From Azolla caroliniana (lineage: Eukaryota; Plantae; Polypodiophyta), in the NCBI GenBank assembly GCA_043228905.1, contig JBHGNT010000006.1, positions 10,292,001 through 10,356,000 of the forward strand: DNA of 64,000 nt, in the 5' to 3' direction. The notes below the pieces were generated by a model that saw only the letters and a list, made by a program, of their open reading frames with translations, made no database searches and had not been told where the DNA came from. Positions 37,701 through 49,466 of this stretch are shown one piece after another. A program made the position numbers and the translations under genes. The first letter of the stretch is position 1. Every line of letters begins with the position of its first letter.

Positions 37701-40700
37701 GAAACTTGGACTCATTTCTCGTTTTCAACTTTCATTTGTGGCATACCAGGCTTCAACTGATTGACGCAGACCTTTCCACAGTGAAGACATTGATGATACA
37801 AAATCACACCTATTTTTCATAGGTTTAAGAGTTGATGATTTAAATATAAAGAGGTACTGGCAGCACATGATGAACAATGAGGTTTAGTTTTTTATTTTTG
37901 GCAGCATTTCATGCATCATTTTCTTTTATCTTCATGATCAGTTCATAGAATGAACTTGAAAGTTTTGTTGCTTGTACTTTTTTGCTTTAATTTTGTACAG
38001 AAACATGCCATGTTTTGGAGCTTTACATTTGAAACAGTTTATTTTCTCTCTATTATCCAATCTTTCACTGCACTTTAATGATCACCAAGGCGTAATGAGA
38101 GGGTTCATACTGCTTTAAGGCATTGACGAACATAATAGTCTATCACCTTGCGCACAATATTTCTAATCGCTTCATTATCTTTCGATATCCACAGTGGTGT
38201 TAACTCTACTCTTTCTGTTATCTCCTTGAATGAACATCATAAATCTACTTAAAACCACTGTAGTTTCTAAATCTCTAATTTTCCAATTGAACTTGTTCCA
38301 AACAAAAACTGTCCATGCAAGGAACTTGCCATTTGCGTAGTATCTTGCTTCGTTCAGAGCCAGTTAATTCACGCCAACCTGAAGTTAACAGAATGAAAGT
38401 TTCGTCATCAAATATGCACACGCATTCAAGGTAGCAATATGAAATGCCTCAATAAATCATTCCCTCATTCTCATCAATAAAGATGTATTCCAGATAGACT
38501 TTAAAGGAAAACCATAAAAAGGCTCTAGCTCTGAAACTCAGTCACTATGCAAAACAGAGGAGATCCATGTTTTTATGAAAACTGGATTATATAACATCAT
38601 ATATAATTGTGATGTGGATACAGATGCTTCTTTGTTTCTAGCAGTGTGGATCAGGACTCCATTATCAAGAGAATTCTCTCACTATGACCCTTTGCATAGA
38701 AACAGATCGTGGTAAGTATTCCTGGTTTCCTTACAAAGTGCATGGGGAAATTCCATGATGTTCAGAGGTGAACCAAGAGAATTGATACTTGAAGCATCCA
38801 TCTCCATTTAACAATTGAAAAACCTAAGGGTGGACCAATCATCATCTTCCCATCAAAATAGCCAGAAGCCTAACACTCTTATGTAGTATTTCTTTCATTA
38901 AAATAGCTTTATATAGAAACCCTCTCAAGATCTTACTTAACAATGCTTCCGATGCTGAGTTGATAGCAGCTTTTGTCTCCATGATACCCATATATGGAAC
39001 ATCTCCAAGAAGTTCACCTGTTGCTGGGTTGTATACCTGCATTAATGACAATACAGAATTATCAAACTAAATGTTTGAATTTATAACCGATGAATGCAGT
39101 TAAATTCAAACCCCACAATGAAACAAAATAGCAAGAGGAACTCCAAACAATGTTTTCCCTTCTTCTACGATTTGGAATTACATTTATACTCAATTGGAAG
39201 ACCACTAGGAATAATATAAACAAAGTTTCCCTGTTGGAGAAAAGATAAAAGCAATACAAACGGATAGATCTGATTGTGTGTTTAGATTTATCACGTGCCA
39301 TCCCACCAACTATCCAAACTAGCATCACTATCAATTTTTTTCACAGTAATCCTAACCACGACCAGAGATCATAATCCCAACTTCATAACAACACTCTACA
39401 TTAGTAGTGTTCAGCCCTTGCCAAAAAGGATGTTTCTCTTGGTTTATGGGGAATTCTCATGTACCTTCCTGGCAGCCTGCTTCTCATTCTTTTGTTAAAC
39501 TATTTTTCTCATTCCTTCCAATTATGTTTGTTTCACACTTTGATTTCTTGCATTTCCCTCTTGTAGACATCATCAACTAGCATAAAATCATAGAGAACTG
39601 TAGGTCCATATATTTACTATCATCAACTGTTGATGTAGTGTTCAGCCCTTACCACAAAGAATTCTTTCCCTTGGTTTACGGGCAATTCTCATGTACCTTC
39701 ATGGCAGCCTGCTTCTCATTCTTTTATTAAACTGTCTCTCATTCCTTCCAATTATGTTTGTTCACACTTTGATTTCTTGCATCTCCCTCTTGTAGACATC
39801 ATCAACTAGCATAAAATCATAAAGAACTGTAGCTACACATCTTTACTATCACAACTGATGATTTGGCAAATTATTCTAGTTATTCTTTAGATTCTTCTAG
39901 TAGCTCATGCAACTTTCCATGTATTCTTCTACCAACTTCATTATGCCCACCACTAATATTGATTTTGATTTCTCATTGAGACCCTGCTCCAACCTTATCA
40001 TCTTCCATGCCTTTGATGTTTGAATAGACTGAATTCTTATGCATAAATTGGTCATTTTGTGCCTCTAGTTAATTATATCCTGTATTTACACACGTATGCC
40101 TACCTGGACTTGATTTATCATTCTTCCAGTTATACCTTGTCTTTGTGAAAAACTGCCATAGTTTACCCATTAGTAAGAATATGCATCAGCAGCGGTGTAC
40201 CAGTGCCGACATTGAGTGATAAATATTCACTGTTTTCCAAGCATAGAGAAGAAATCGAAGGTCATTGAAGGCACTTATTTTTAACACTTGCTCCTAACTT
40301 GAAATACTTAACTTCCTACAAGTCAGAGCACTATTACACTGACATTAAAAACAGTATCTAAACCTAGGGAGAGGAAGAAGGAGAAGAAAAGCTCCTAATG
40401 AAGTTGGGATAAGTTGACAAATTCCATATTTTATGAAGACTCACTGGTAGAGTCTTTCCATCATCTGCGCCAACCCACTTTCCTCCAATTAAACCTTTCG
40501 ATTGTAGCAACCCTGCCTCTTTGATTTTGTGTATGACAGCCTCATCTGATGGGGTTGAGAGATATCGTAACTGTAAAAAATATCAATATTAGAGATAGTA
40601 TAAGTTGACAGATGTGCAAATGAAGGTTGAGCATAAGTAACACTAAAGCAAAAGAGATAATAATGGCTCTGTTAAGTAAACAGACAAGGGAAAATTCAGG

Positions 40701-42294
40701 ATAGAAATGCATTACATGCCCACAGCAGTGTATAAAATGTGTTTACTTACTAGTATCATGTGTTTTACCATACTTCCTAGTTTGAGTTACTTTTACAAAC
40801 AATAATGAATTTCCAAGAAAAGAATCTTCTGCTCTAAAAAAACAGTCTCAGCATAAGTATAGCAGAAAAATAAGAATAATATGAAAAAACCAATCGATTG
40901 ATTAAGGAGGTCATGGAAGTAGATAACTAGAAACTATAAGGATAAATCTGCGGTCTGAAGAAGTTTACCTCAATGAGCAAGACTTTTCAACCATTCTATG
41001 TATATTGCCAAGAGTATGTAAAGGTTTATATATGTCAAACATTCCTAAATAGTAACGCTAAATACATGAGACACCACTGCACTCACAAACGAAAAAGTCT
41101 AGCACCACGTAAGAAAAAGGTCTTATTTATTAATTTATAGGTATATGTAATAAAATAGATTGTTAAGATTCTCAAAGAATTATCCAAATATTCTCATGCG
41201 ATCAAATTAATTCTACAGAAAATGGTGATACAATCATGAATGAATAATGTTTACTTCTCATTGGTTACCTCGATCGGTTATTACATGGATAGTACTACAA
41301 GCATCAAGCAGCTACATACAGATATGCTTCACAACTATAAATTTTATGTACGCCCGTGCACCCATCATTCACTTCAGAAGCAGTATATATAGGCATATAA
41401 TGGTAGAATTTCAGACCAAATATGCATTTAACAAATTCTCACAGTGACCCTAAAGTATAGAAATTATGAAATGATATGAGCTCTTATTAAGGGTCACCCA
41501 TTCAGAAGAGAAAAATACAAGCAGATGTTGCTGCACATGCAACAGATATGTCACTTGGCGGAAGTATAAACTGAATCTGGTGATGTTAGCTCTCTATAAA
41601 AAGTGGAAAATATAAGCAATATCTGGGGAGAAATCCATTGTGACATGTGTAATAAACTGAGGAGCATGACAACAACGGAGAAGATACAGTAGAAACTGAG
41701 GAGAAACCAGAGACACAACTCATGGAGTGCATCTATGAAAAAAGAGCTATCAGGAAAGATATGTGTGGTTTATTTTAGGTTTTGCTTCATTTCTTTAATT
41801 CTTTTTTCTGGAAGCATATGCACAAGAAAACCCTGAGGAAAATAAAAGGTCAAAATCCAAACTATTTGAAGGCTGATAATGAAGAGAAACCAGGTCTGAC
41901 AATCATGAATTGCATAGGAAAACGACCTTGATTCTTCTTTCACTTGCATAGCATTTCATAGAAAGCTCTTCGGAAGAGGAAGTTCAGTGGCACAGAAATG
42001 AATGCACTACCAAATGTTTATATTAAGAGAATTTTGGTTCAGATATGCGTTCCCATATATATTAAAGATCTCAGTTTTACCAAAGAATTAAATGCATGTT
42101 GCTGATGATTAGAACCAAATATATGACTGTTTCTTTGTTCCATAAACTCTGTGTGAAAGCAAGACAGAAGCAGATAGCATGCGTACAGATGAGAGGACAG
42201 AAGATTGTGATAAAAGAGATACATTTTCCTGCACAATTGATTGAAATACATAAGAGTGACATGAAATTGACCATATCTAGCAGAATGTTCCTTA

Positions 42295-42333
<39 letters not shown>

Positions 42334-42793
42334 AATTCTTGTCATTGCATCTAGAAGAGAGAAATGTAGGCAGCTCCTGGAGCAAAATTCGGACCAGAAA
42401 CCTCTTTCCACATGCACGGAAAGAAGACGGTTTGCAAAAGCATGGAGATACATGAGATGTTTGTTGTTTCTTTTCTGGTGCCCATAACACGTTGAGTGCC
42501 AAAAGTTCTTCAAATGTGGAAATCGCGAATAAAATCTAGAGGTAATTTGAAACCAAGAAATGCATGTGGATTGCATAATTGAGAGAAAGTGCATACATAC
42601 AATTTAGAGTGATCATAGAAGGGAGTAGTTTCCACACTCATAGCAAAGCATACGTAGAGTGATGATATATGAGGATACTTTTTCCACCATAGCTACGCAT
42701 GCATGATGATAGGCAAGTTACCTGTGCAAAGCCTGTTTTGATCGCCATAGAAGCATGGTGAAGAGTTCGGAGCTTGGAGAGGGATGCCTGCAT
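19717..42793 (-). CDS. ALDH5F1: Mitochondrial succinate-semialdehyde dehydrogenase, 20 exons, 522 aa. Exons: 42793-42722, 40570-40445, 39036-38937, 38378-38330, 37084-36997, 35784-35674, 33864-33802, 33659-33549, 33434-33369, 33128-33051, 32951-32874, 26033-25967, 25232-25147, 22389-22357, 22234-22202, 21861-21761, 20887-20802, 20317-20211, 19912-19835, 19752-19717
   Basis: Transit-peptide-like [29 protein letters not shown]; [42 protein letters not shown] (catalytic Cys), [28 protein letters not shown]; exon lengths sum to 1569 nt in frame. Confidence 0.95.
20477..20641. repeat. Intronic tandem duplication, 2 x about 83 bp
   Basis: ACAAATTTCCTTC...CAAGAGGTAT occurs twice. Confidence 0.85.
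22764..23935 (+). mobile_element. Internally deleted Ty1/Copia (Ale-like): 180-bp LTR, PBS-Met, RT fragment; in SSADH intron
   Basis: TGTTGAG...TTTCA (22764-22943); TGGTACCAGAGC (22947); [34 protein letters not shown]. Confidence 0.9.
23936..24720 (-). mobile_element. LINE 3' fragment
   Basis: [41 protein letters not shown]. Confidence 0.8.
25445..25680. repeat. Intronic tandem duplication, 2 x about 125 bp
   Basis: GCAATGCAGTATATGGAGA...GATTACGATATG occurs twice. Confidence 0.85.
26930..27699 (-). mobile_element. LINE fragment with internal duplications; continues at 31606-32220 beyond the Copia insertion
   Basis: Homologous to 23936-24120; the repeat context GGGG...GCA|TTTAT.C.TATG is split by the Copia element. 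Confidence 0.65.
27700..31605 (-). mobile_element. Ty1/Copia element with both LTRs (31605-31166 and 28079-27700), decayed gag/PR/RT/RNase H, integrase deleted; in SSADH intron 11
   Basis: LTRs TGTTGAGAATC...TCTTTACA; PBS TGGTATCAAAAC; PPT CTTGAGGGGGCG; degenerate TSD TTGCA/CTACA; RT motifs [11 protein letters not shown]. Confidence 0.92.
34500..35240 (+). mobile_element. Degraded LINE 3' end with conserved tail
   Basis: Tail GGCCATTTTGGCC...TTAATATATCTCTTTC(TTTC)n at 35187-35240, matching 8180-8230. Confidence 0.65.
39404..39862. repeat. Intronic tandem duplication, 2 x about 230 bp
   Basis: TAGTGTTCAGCCCTT...TTTACTATCA occurs twice. Confidence 0.9.
42296..42331. repeat. (CA)n microsatellite
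   Basis: Seen directly. Confidence 0.95.
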
Positions 42794-43519
42794 GACGATG
42801 GAACTGAGGGGGGGTGAGGAGGAAGGATTGACAGCGGGAACTGCTGCTGCTGCTGCAGGGAAGAAAGAAGAAGAAGGAGAAGAATTAGGTCAGCAGGGGG
42901 GCGACACAAGCGCCTGCGCAGTAGAATGGGCAGGAGCAACAGTAGAAGAAGAAGAAGAAGAAGAAGAAATCCATGAGCGAGCGAGCGAGCGAATGAGTGA
43001 ATGAGTGAAGGTGTGTATGTGTGATGTGTGATGTGATGCTTGCTTGAAAAAGGAAGGATTTGTACGTAAGAATAGTAGAGCAGCAGGCGGCGTCGTCGGC
43101 GTCATCATATTTTTTGGTTTCTTCTCCGTCGTTTCCTTCTTCTCTCGTTTTTTCACTTCACCGGTTAATATTATTATTATTAGTATTATTAAAAGTCACT
43201 TGCCGGCCGCTACTTATCTATCTCTATCTATGTATGTCCTCTCTACTTACCATTATGTAACTTCTTTTACATTTCAATCCAAGCCCTACCCTACAGAACC
43301 TAAAAATAGTCCCCTCTATTACCTACTTTCTGGGCCCAGTGCCCACCCACATGAATAGAATACCCCCCCCCCCCATCAACAGTCAATTCAACCGTCGCAT
43401 GTCCCATTCGCCCTATTGGCCCTCCATCCTTACATCCATCCCGCTCTTCTCTTCGTGCAACTCCTCGACTTCCGACAGCCTCCTCGTCCACAACGCTTCG
43501 ATCCTCCTGGGGTTCGTCA

Positions 43520-45668
43520 GTTAATATTATTAAGTCTCGCCCGCAAGGAATCTGTATGGATCTCGCATGTGTGCAAAACCAATCATGAGCGGCAGACACC
43601 ACAATCTGTGCATGAGGTCTAATGTTTCTTGGGATTTGCAAATTTTTACCCGGAATTCATCAAGAATTACTCGAAGATGGTTTTGCCTATCACACAATTA
43701 GCACAAAAAATCAACCATTCATATGGAATTTAGGTGCAATCAAGGCATTTGCAAGCTTAAACGTGCATTCATGTCTGCCCCTATTCTGATCCATGTTGAC
43801 CAAGCCAAACCTTTTATTTTAGAAGTTGATGCGTCAATTTCGCACTCAGGAGTGTTCTCTTACAACTTAAAGACAGGTGCACTTACATCTAGTTGTTTTT
43901 CATTCATGAAAATTTGAAAGCTACAGAAATTCATTAGGAGATTCACAACAAGGAGCTTTTGGCTATCATGGACTCTTTTGAGCATTGGCACCATTACTTG
44001 GAAAGTTCTCCCCATCAAATCATTGTCTATGATAATCACAAGAACCTAACATATTTCCAAAATCCTCGAGTCTTGAGTTGTTGATAGGCTCATTGGGCAC
44101 AATTTCTTATGCACTATGATTTTTGATTGCGTATTGGCCCAGAATATATCAAGGAAAGGGAGATGCTCTATCTCGGCGTCCCTACGTTGCACATTGTTTA
44201 GGGAAACTTGCTTTTGACCATCAAAAACAAGTCCTTCTTGATCATGATCATTCATAGGTGATGGCAATCAATGCCTTTAAGGTGCCAATAGATTCAACAC
44301 TTATTAGTTAAAATTGTAATGATCATGAAGCATATGAATTTGGACAAGATGTCTTGAATCATATCATTCTAGATCTTCCTTCTTGTTCAAGATCTACGAG
44401 TCTCGTAAAGATTATAATCAATTCACTTGGCATAATAATCAATACTTTATGTCCTTGATGGTCGTTCTTGACTCCTAATTTTACAACACAATTCCACGAC
44501 ACGCCAATGGTTGGATATTTTGGACTTCACAAACCTTTGGAATTAATTTCTAGATGTTTTTGGTGGTCGCATCTTCGTAATTATGTTGAGGACTACATTT
44601 ATAGTTGTGATGCATGTTGTCGGTCCAAGTGTCCTTGGTATCAACCATATGGGTTAGTCCAAACTTTACTAGTTCTTGATGGTCCGTGGAAGTTCGTATC
44701 TTTGGATTTCATTATTGAATTTCCATCTTCCAAACGTTTTGATATCATCCTTAATATTGTAGATTGGTTAACTAATATGACACATTTTCTACCATACATA
44801 AACAATACTAATAGTCGAGAGACAACATATTTGGTTATGCATGAAGTATTTATTTCGGCATCATGATCTTCCTAATGACATCATTAGTGATTGAAGCACA
44901 CAATTCATCTCAAAATTCTGGAAACACTTGCTTGGACTACTCTAGATTGATTGTAAACTCTTTTCGATCTATCATCTAGAGACTAATGGTCAAACCGAAC
45001 GTACCAATCAAACCTTTGAACAATACGTTCAGGGTTTGATCAACGATCAATAGGACGATCAGGTTGACAATTTGCATTTTGCAGAGTTTGCTTACCATAA
45101 CTCAATTCATTCTTCTACCAAATTTACTCCCTTCTTTGCCAACACGGGTGGCCATCCCCATCGGACAAAGCTTGAGCATCCAATAATCTTGAAAACTTCT
45201 ATTGCAAAGGATTGTCTACACCGTCTTTAGGAGATCCAAGTTGCTTTTTCTCGTCATTTACATCATGCTCAAGCCACCCATAAGAATTTTGCATATCATC
45301 ATCATCTTGACTCATCATTAGAAAGACCCAAATTTCGAGTTGGAGATTGTGTATGTATCTTTCTACGTAATGTAAATATCAACATGCCTTGCAACAAGTT
45401 GGATTATCAAAATCTTGGTCCATATGTAATCAATCACTAGCTAGATAAATGACATTGCTTTTTGTCTCGATGTCCCTCTTCATATGCTTCTTCATCCAAT
45501 GTTCCATGTGTGATTCTTGGAACCTTATGCTTTGAGCTCTATTCCAAACCGTGTTGTTCCTCCACCTCCTATTGAGCTTGATGAAGGTCTAGAACATGAG
45601 TTGAAAACCATTTTAGACTCCAAAGTTATGCACAACAAATTGTATTATTTTGTTGATTGGTTGGGTTA
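43520..45668 (+). mobile_element. Decayed chromoviral Gypsy pol (RT end, RNase H, integrase, chromodomain), Tcn1-like
   Basis: FLGFANF, SAPILIH....KPFILEVDAS, EIHNKELLAI, SLDFIIEFP, and chromodomain PPPIELDEGLEHELKTILDSKVMHNKLYYFVDWLGY cut by a Copia LTR. Confidence 0.85.
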
Positions 45669-47285
45669 TGTTGAGAATCAAGCTCAACTTGGTCTAGTGT
45701 GTGAACTCACCTTGAGAGTGAATAGACACTCCAACGGTCAAGAGTCACCATTATGTCACCTCTTTGTATTCTAGCATTTAGTATGAGTCATAGAATCATA
45801 TTCTATGACACATAACTTATGAGCTTTCACATTCCCCATGCTCCATGAGTCTTGTAGTTAATGAAGAGAGAGGGTGTCTATATAAAGCACCCTCCTCCCA
45901 CCTTGTATCAAGTTGACTCTTTCTCCTTTGTTAATATACTTTTACCTTGCGTATTCTCTGTGTATTGTTCCTTGTCTCTCTCACTCACTCTCTCTCTCTC
46001 TCTCTCATATACACACACAGTTCACACCTATTCCGCTACACAAGAATCATACCCGATTCTTTACATGGTATCAAAGCGATTTGGTAGCTCGATCTAGCCC
46101 ATTTGCCTCATCGTGATCGTGTGTTGTCCTCCACGCCGATGACCAAGAACCGACTCATCGCTATCGTAGCTTCGCTACATAGCTCACATTCGAAGAGAGA
46201 AGAAGAAGAAGAAGAATCGACATAATGAATACTCAAATGAGGAGCGCTCTCCCTACCCATAAGTTGGATCGAAACAACTTCACATCTTGGGAGTACAAGA
46301 TGCACCAATACCTTGTCAAACAAGGCTATTGGAGCTACATCAAAGGAGCGCATGAAGACTGACCCTCCGAAACGGCTCCTGGATGTGCGACATGGGAGAA
46401 AGCCGCAAGCCGCGTGATGTATTGCTTGGCGACATGTGTTCACAATCACATGCTCGGCTACATTCGCGAAGCCAAGACGCCGAAGGAGGCATGGGAAAAT
46501 CTACAAAAGATTTTCGCAACGAACACAACCGCAAGAAGGCTTCAACTCCGCCAAGAGTTGAACAACAATCAACAAAGGGACATGTCCATTATGACATACA
46601 CCTCGAAGATCAAGGAGCTTTGCAATTCGCTCGGCTCGATAAGCATAAATATTGATGATGATGAGATGGTGCAAATATGCCTCAGCGGCCTCGCACCACG
46701 GTTCGGCGTGATGCGAACTATCGTTCTAACACGAGAGAAATCTCCCTCCTTCTTTGAGCTCCAATCAATGCTATTGGTCGAAGAAAACCACGTGCGTATA
46801 AGGAGCAATGAGTCGGAAGGCCACATGCACTACACGCACTCGAACGGAGGAAGAGGACGTGGACGAGTGAGAGGCCGATTTGGCCAAGGACAAGGCGGAC
46901 GAGGGCCGACCTACGACAACAACTCCCAATTTCGGCCGCAAAACAGAAGCCAACGAGGAACCTTCACAAGAAGGGGGAGCTTCCACTCCGGCCTGAGCCG
47001 TCAAAACGCAACCGAATGCGGATATTGTTGAAAGCTCGGCCACCACGAAGAAGAGTGTCGAAGGAAGATGCGTGAATCGGTTTCCACAAGCCGACAACTC
47101 ACGAATTACGTGCACAATTCCGACTACGAAGAGTATAGCGGAATGTACGGGCACAACTCCAACTACAAAGATCGTGGCAGAATGTACGCACACAACTCCG
47201 ACCGTGGCGGAATGTTCATGATGAAACATAGAGCAAACTCTATGTCGGCCTCTACCTCAACTAGTGCCCTCAATCCGGAGGACGT

Positions 47286-48107
47286 TGTCGTGCCTTTCGG
47301 CTCCGGATCGTTTGCGTGAGTCGGGTGGGAACCACTGGGGTTTTGGACTAGGAAGAGGAAGAATTTGAGGCGATTTTAATTATGTATAGATTATTAGAAG
47401 CTTGTGAATCCCACAAGTAGAGTTGTTTTAGTTTGTACTAATCATAGTAATAAATTGAAATAGTTTAGAATAGTTTAGAGTAGAAATAGAAAAGAGATCA
47501 AACCTTGCGAATCCCACAAGTATTACATTAATCAATAATTATGTAAGAATATGAATTTAGATTGAAAGAGATAGATTATATAAAACTTCGTGAATCCCAC
47601 GATTATATTAATTGGTGTTTTAGGAAATATATCCAATTTCCCAAATATTTTTCACACACCTATTACATTGTGCTCCCCATCCTTATGTAGTGATGAGGGA
47701 GTCCATGCTTTTTTTTTTCTAACTATAGACTCCATGCTTTTCCTATAGATAGACTATATGCTTTATCTAAAGTGATCATGCTTTTTCTAACTTGTGCGTT
47801 TTTTTTTATCAACTATAGCGTTCATGCACGCTAGATGTGCATGTGTAGCTTTTTCTTTTAGCATGCGTTTTCTTTTAACTAAAGTTTATCCTAGGTGAAC
47901 TAAGCTTTCTATGTGGAACATCTATTTTTAAACACAAATGAAATGCTAGTGTAATGGTAAGACATTACATTATTAACATGGAGGTGCAAGGTTCGAATCA
48001 TGCCCTATGCATGTTATATAAATTTTAATATTTTCTACTATTTATTCATATTTATTAAATTGGTACTTTATAAGTTTTTCACATAGTGTACAAAATACAC
48101 TACGACA
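47286..48107 (-). mobile_element. Gypsy-family solo LTR (822 bp), TSD ACGT
   Basis: TGTCG...CGACA termini; removing it restores Copia [10 protein letters not shown]. Confidence 0.88.
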
Positions 48108-48762
48108 ACGTGTGGTTTGTTGACTCCGGAGCCTCAAACCATATGACATCTCATAAAGAATGGTTTCTCGAACTTCGAGAGCCGAAGCGACCTGGTTATG
48201 TCGAAATCGGAGATGACACTACGCACCCGATTCGGCACATCGGAAATGTTCCGTTTGGAAAAGAAGGTAAGCAAAATTACATTAAAAATGTTTTGCATGT
48301 ACCGACCATTACGAAGAATTTGGTCTCCGTCGGCCAAATTGTAGAGCAAGGGATGCAAGTTCGATTTAATCAAGGCGGTTGCTTCATCGAAAAAGAGGGC
48401 CGACTCATCGCACGCGGATGAAGAGAGGGCTGAATGTTCATTCTCGACTCACACGAGATGAAATCGGCCATGTTCGCAAAGGGCATGAAAGCCGACTCCG
48501 ACATAGAGTTATGGCACAAGCGGATTGGCCATATAAATCTCCAAAAACTCAAAGCAATGAAATCGAAAGGAGTCGTCATTGGACTTCCAACATTCAAAGA
48601 GAAGGAGATTGAAGGTGTATGCGAAGCGTGCCAATTTGGCAAGCAACACCGACACCCATTCCCGAAAGAACGGAACATGAGCAAAGGTCTACTCGACGTA
48701 GTCCATTCCGACGTATGGGGACCGGCGCAGACGGCTACATTTGGCGGATGCCGATATTACGT

Positions 48763-49466
48763 TGTCGAGCCCTTCGGCTCCGGATCGTTGCGTGAGTCGG
48801 GTGGGAACCGCCGAGGTTTTGGACTAGGAGGAAGAGGAATACAACTTAAGGCTAGATATGAATAGTGGAAAGAGAAGTAAGATAGCAATCTCGTGAATCC
48901 CACGAGTTTAGTGTAATTAAAACAATATTTAGATTATAAGAGCAATTAGATGGCAAAATTCGTGAATCCCACGAATATATTAGATTGATCAATTCTTCTA
49001 TATTAATCAACAACCATATACATATTTTTCTCCTCCTTATATAAAAATGGAAGAGGCTAAGCATGGCTTCATGCTTTTTCACCTAAAGTGCCCATGCACA
49101 CTAAATGTGCATGTGATGTTTTGTCATTTCCTAAATATAGGGCTCGTGCACGCTAGATGTGCATGAGTCACTTTTAATGTCACGTGTAAATAAAATATTC
49201 ACACTCTAAAGAATACATGATTTTTACCTTTTAATAAAGGTATGTGTAAATAAAGGTCTTATATGTATTAAATCTATATTTATAACACTAAAGATAAGTT
49301 ATTACAATGGTAAAGTTGGGGTTTATCTACGTGGAGGTGCATGGTTTGAATCTTGCTCTATGCACGTGATAAATTCTTTTGATATATTATTTATTTATTT
49401 ATATGTATCTAAATTCGGATATATTATTTTATGGTTTTCACGTAGTGTGTGGAATACACTACGACA
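48763..49466 (-). mobile_element. Gypsy-family solo LTR (704 bp), TSD ACGT
   Basis: Same termini as 47286-48107; removing it restores integrase RYYVLFIDDF. Confidence 0.88.

Noticed and set aside
42039-42594. Overlapping ORFs with VC/TH repeats
   Set aside because: Artefacts of the (CA)n microsatellite in SSADH intron 1
42718-42939. ORF ending [12 protein letters not shown] as the SSADH N-terminus
   Set aside because: It ends in phase 2, whereas the ATG at 42793 gives a phase-0 join to exon 2 and a transit-peptide-like sequence
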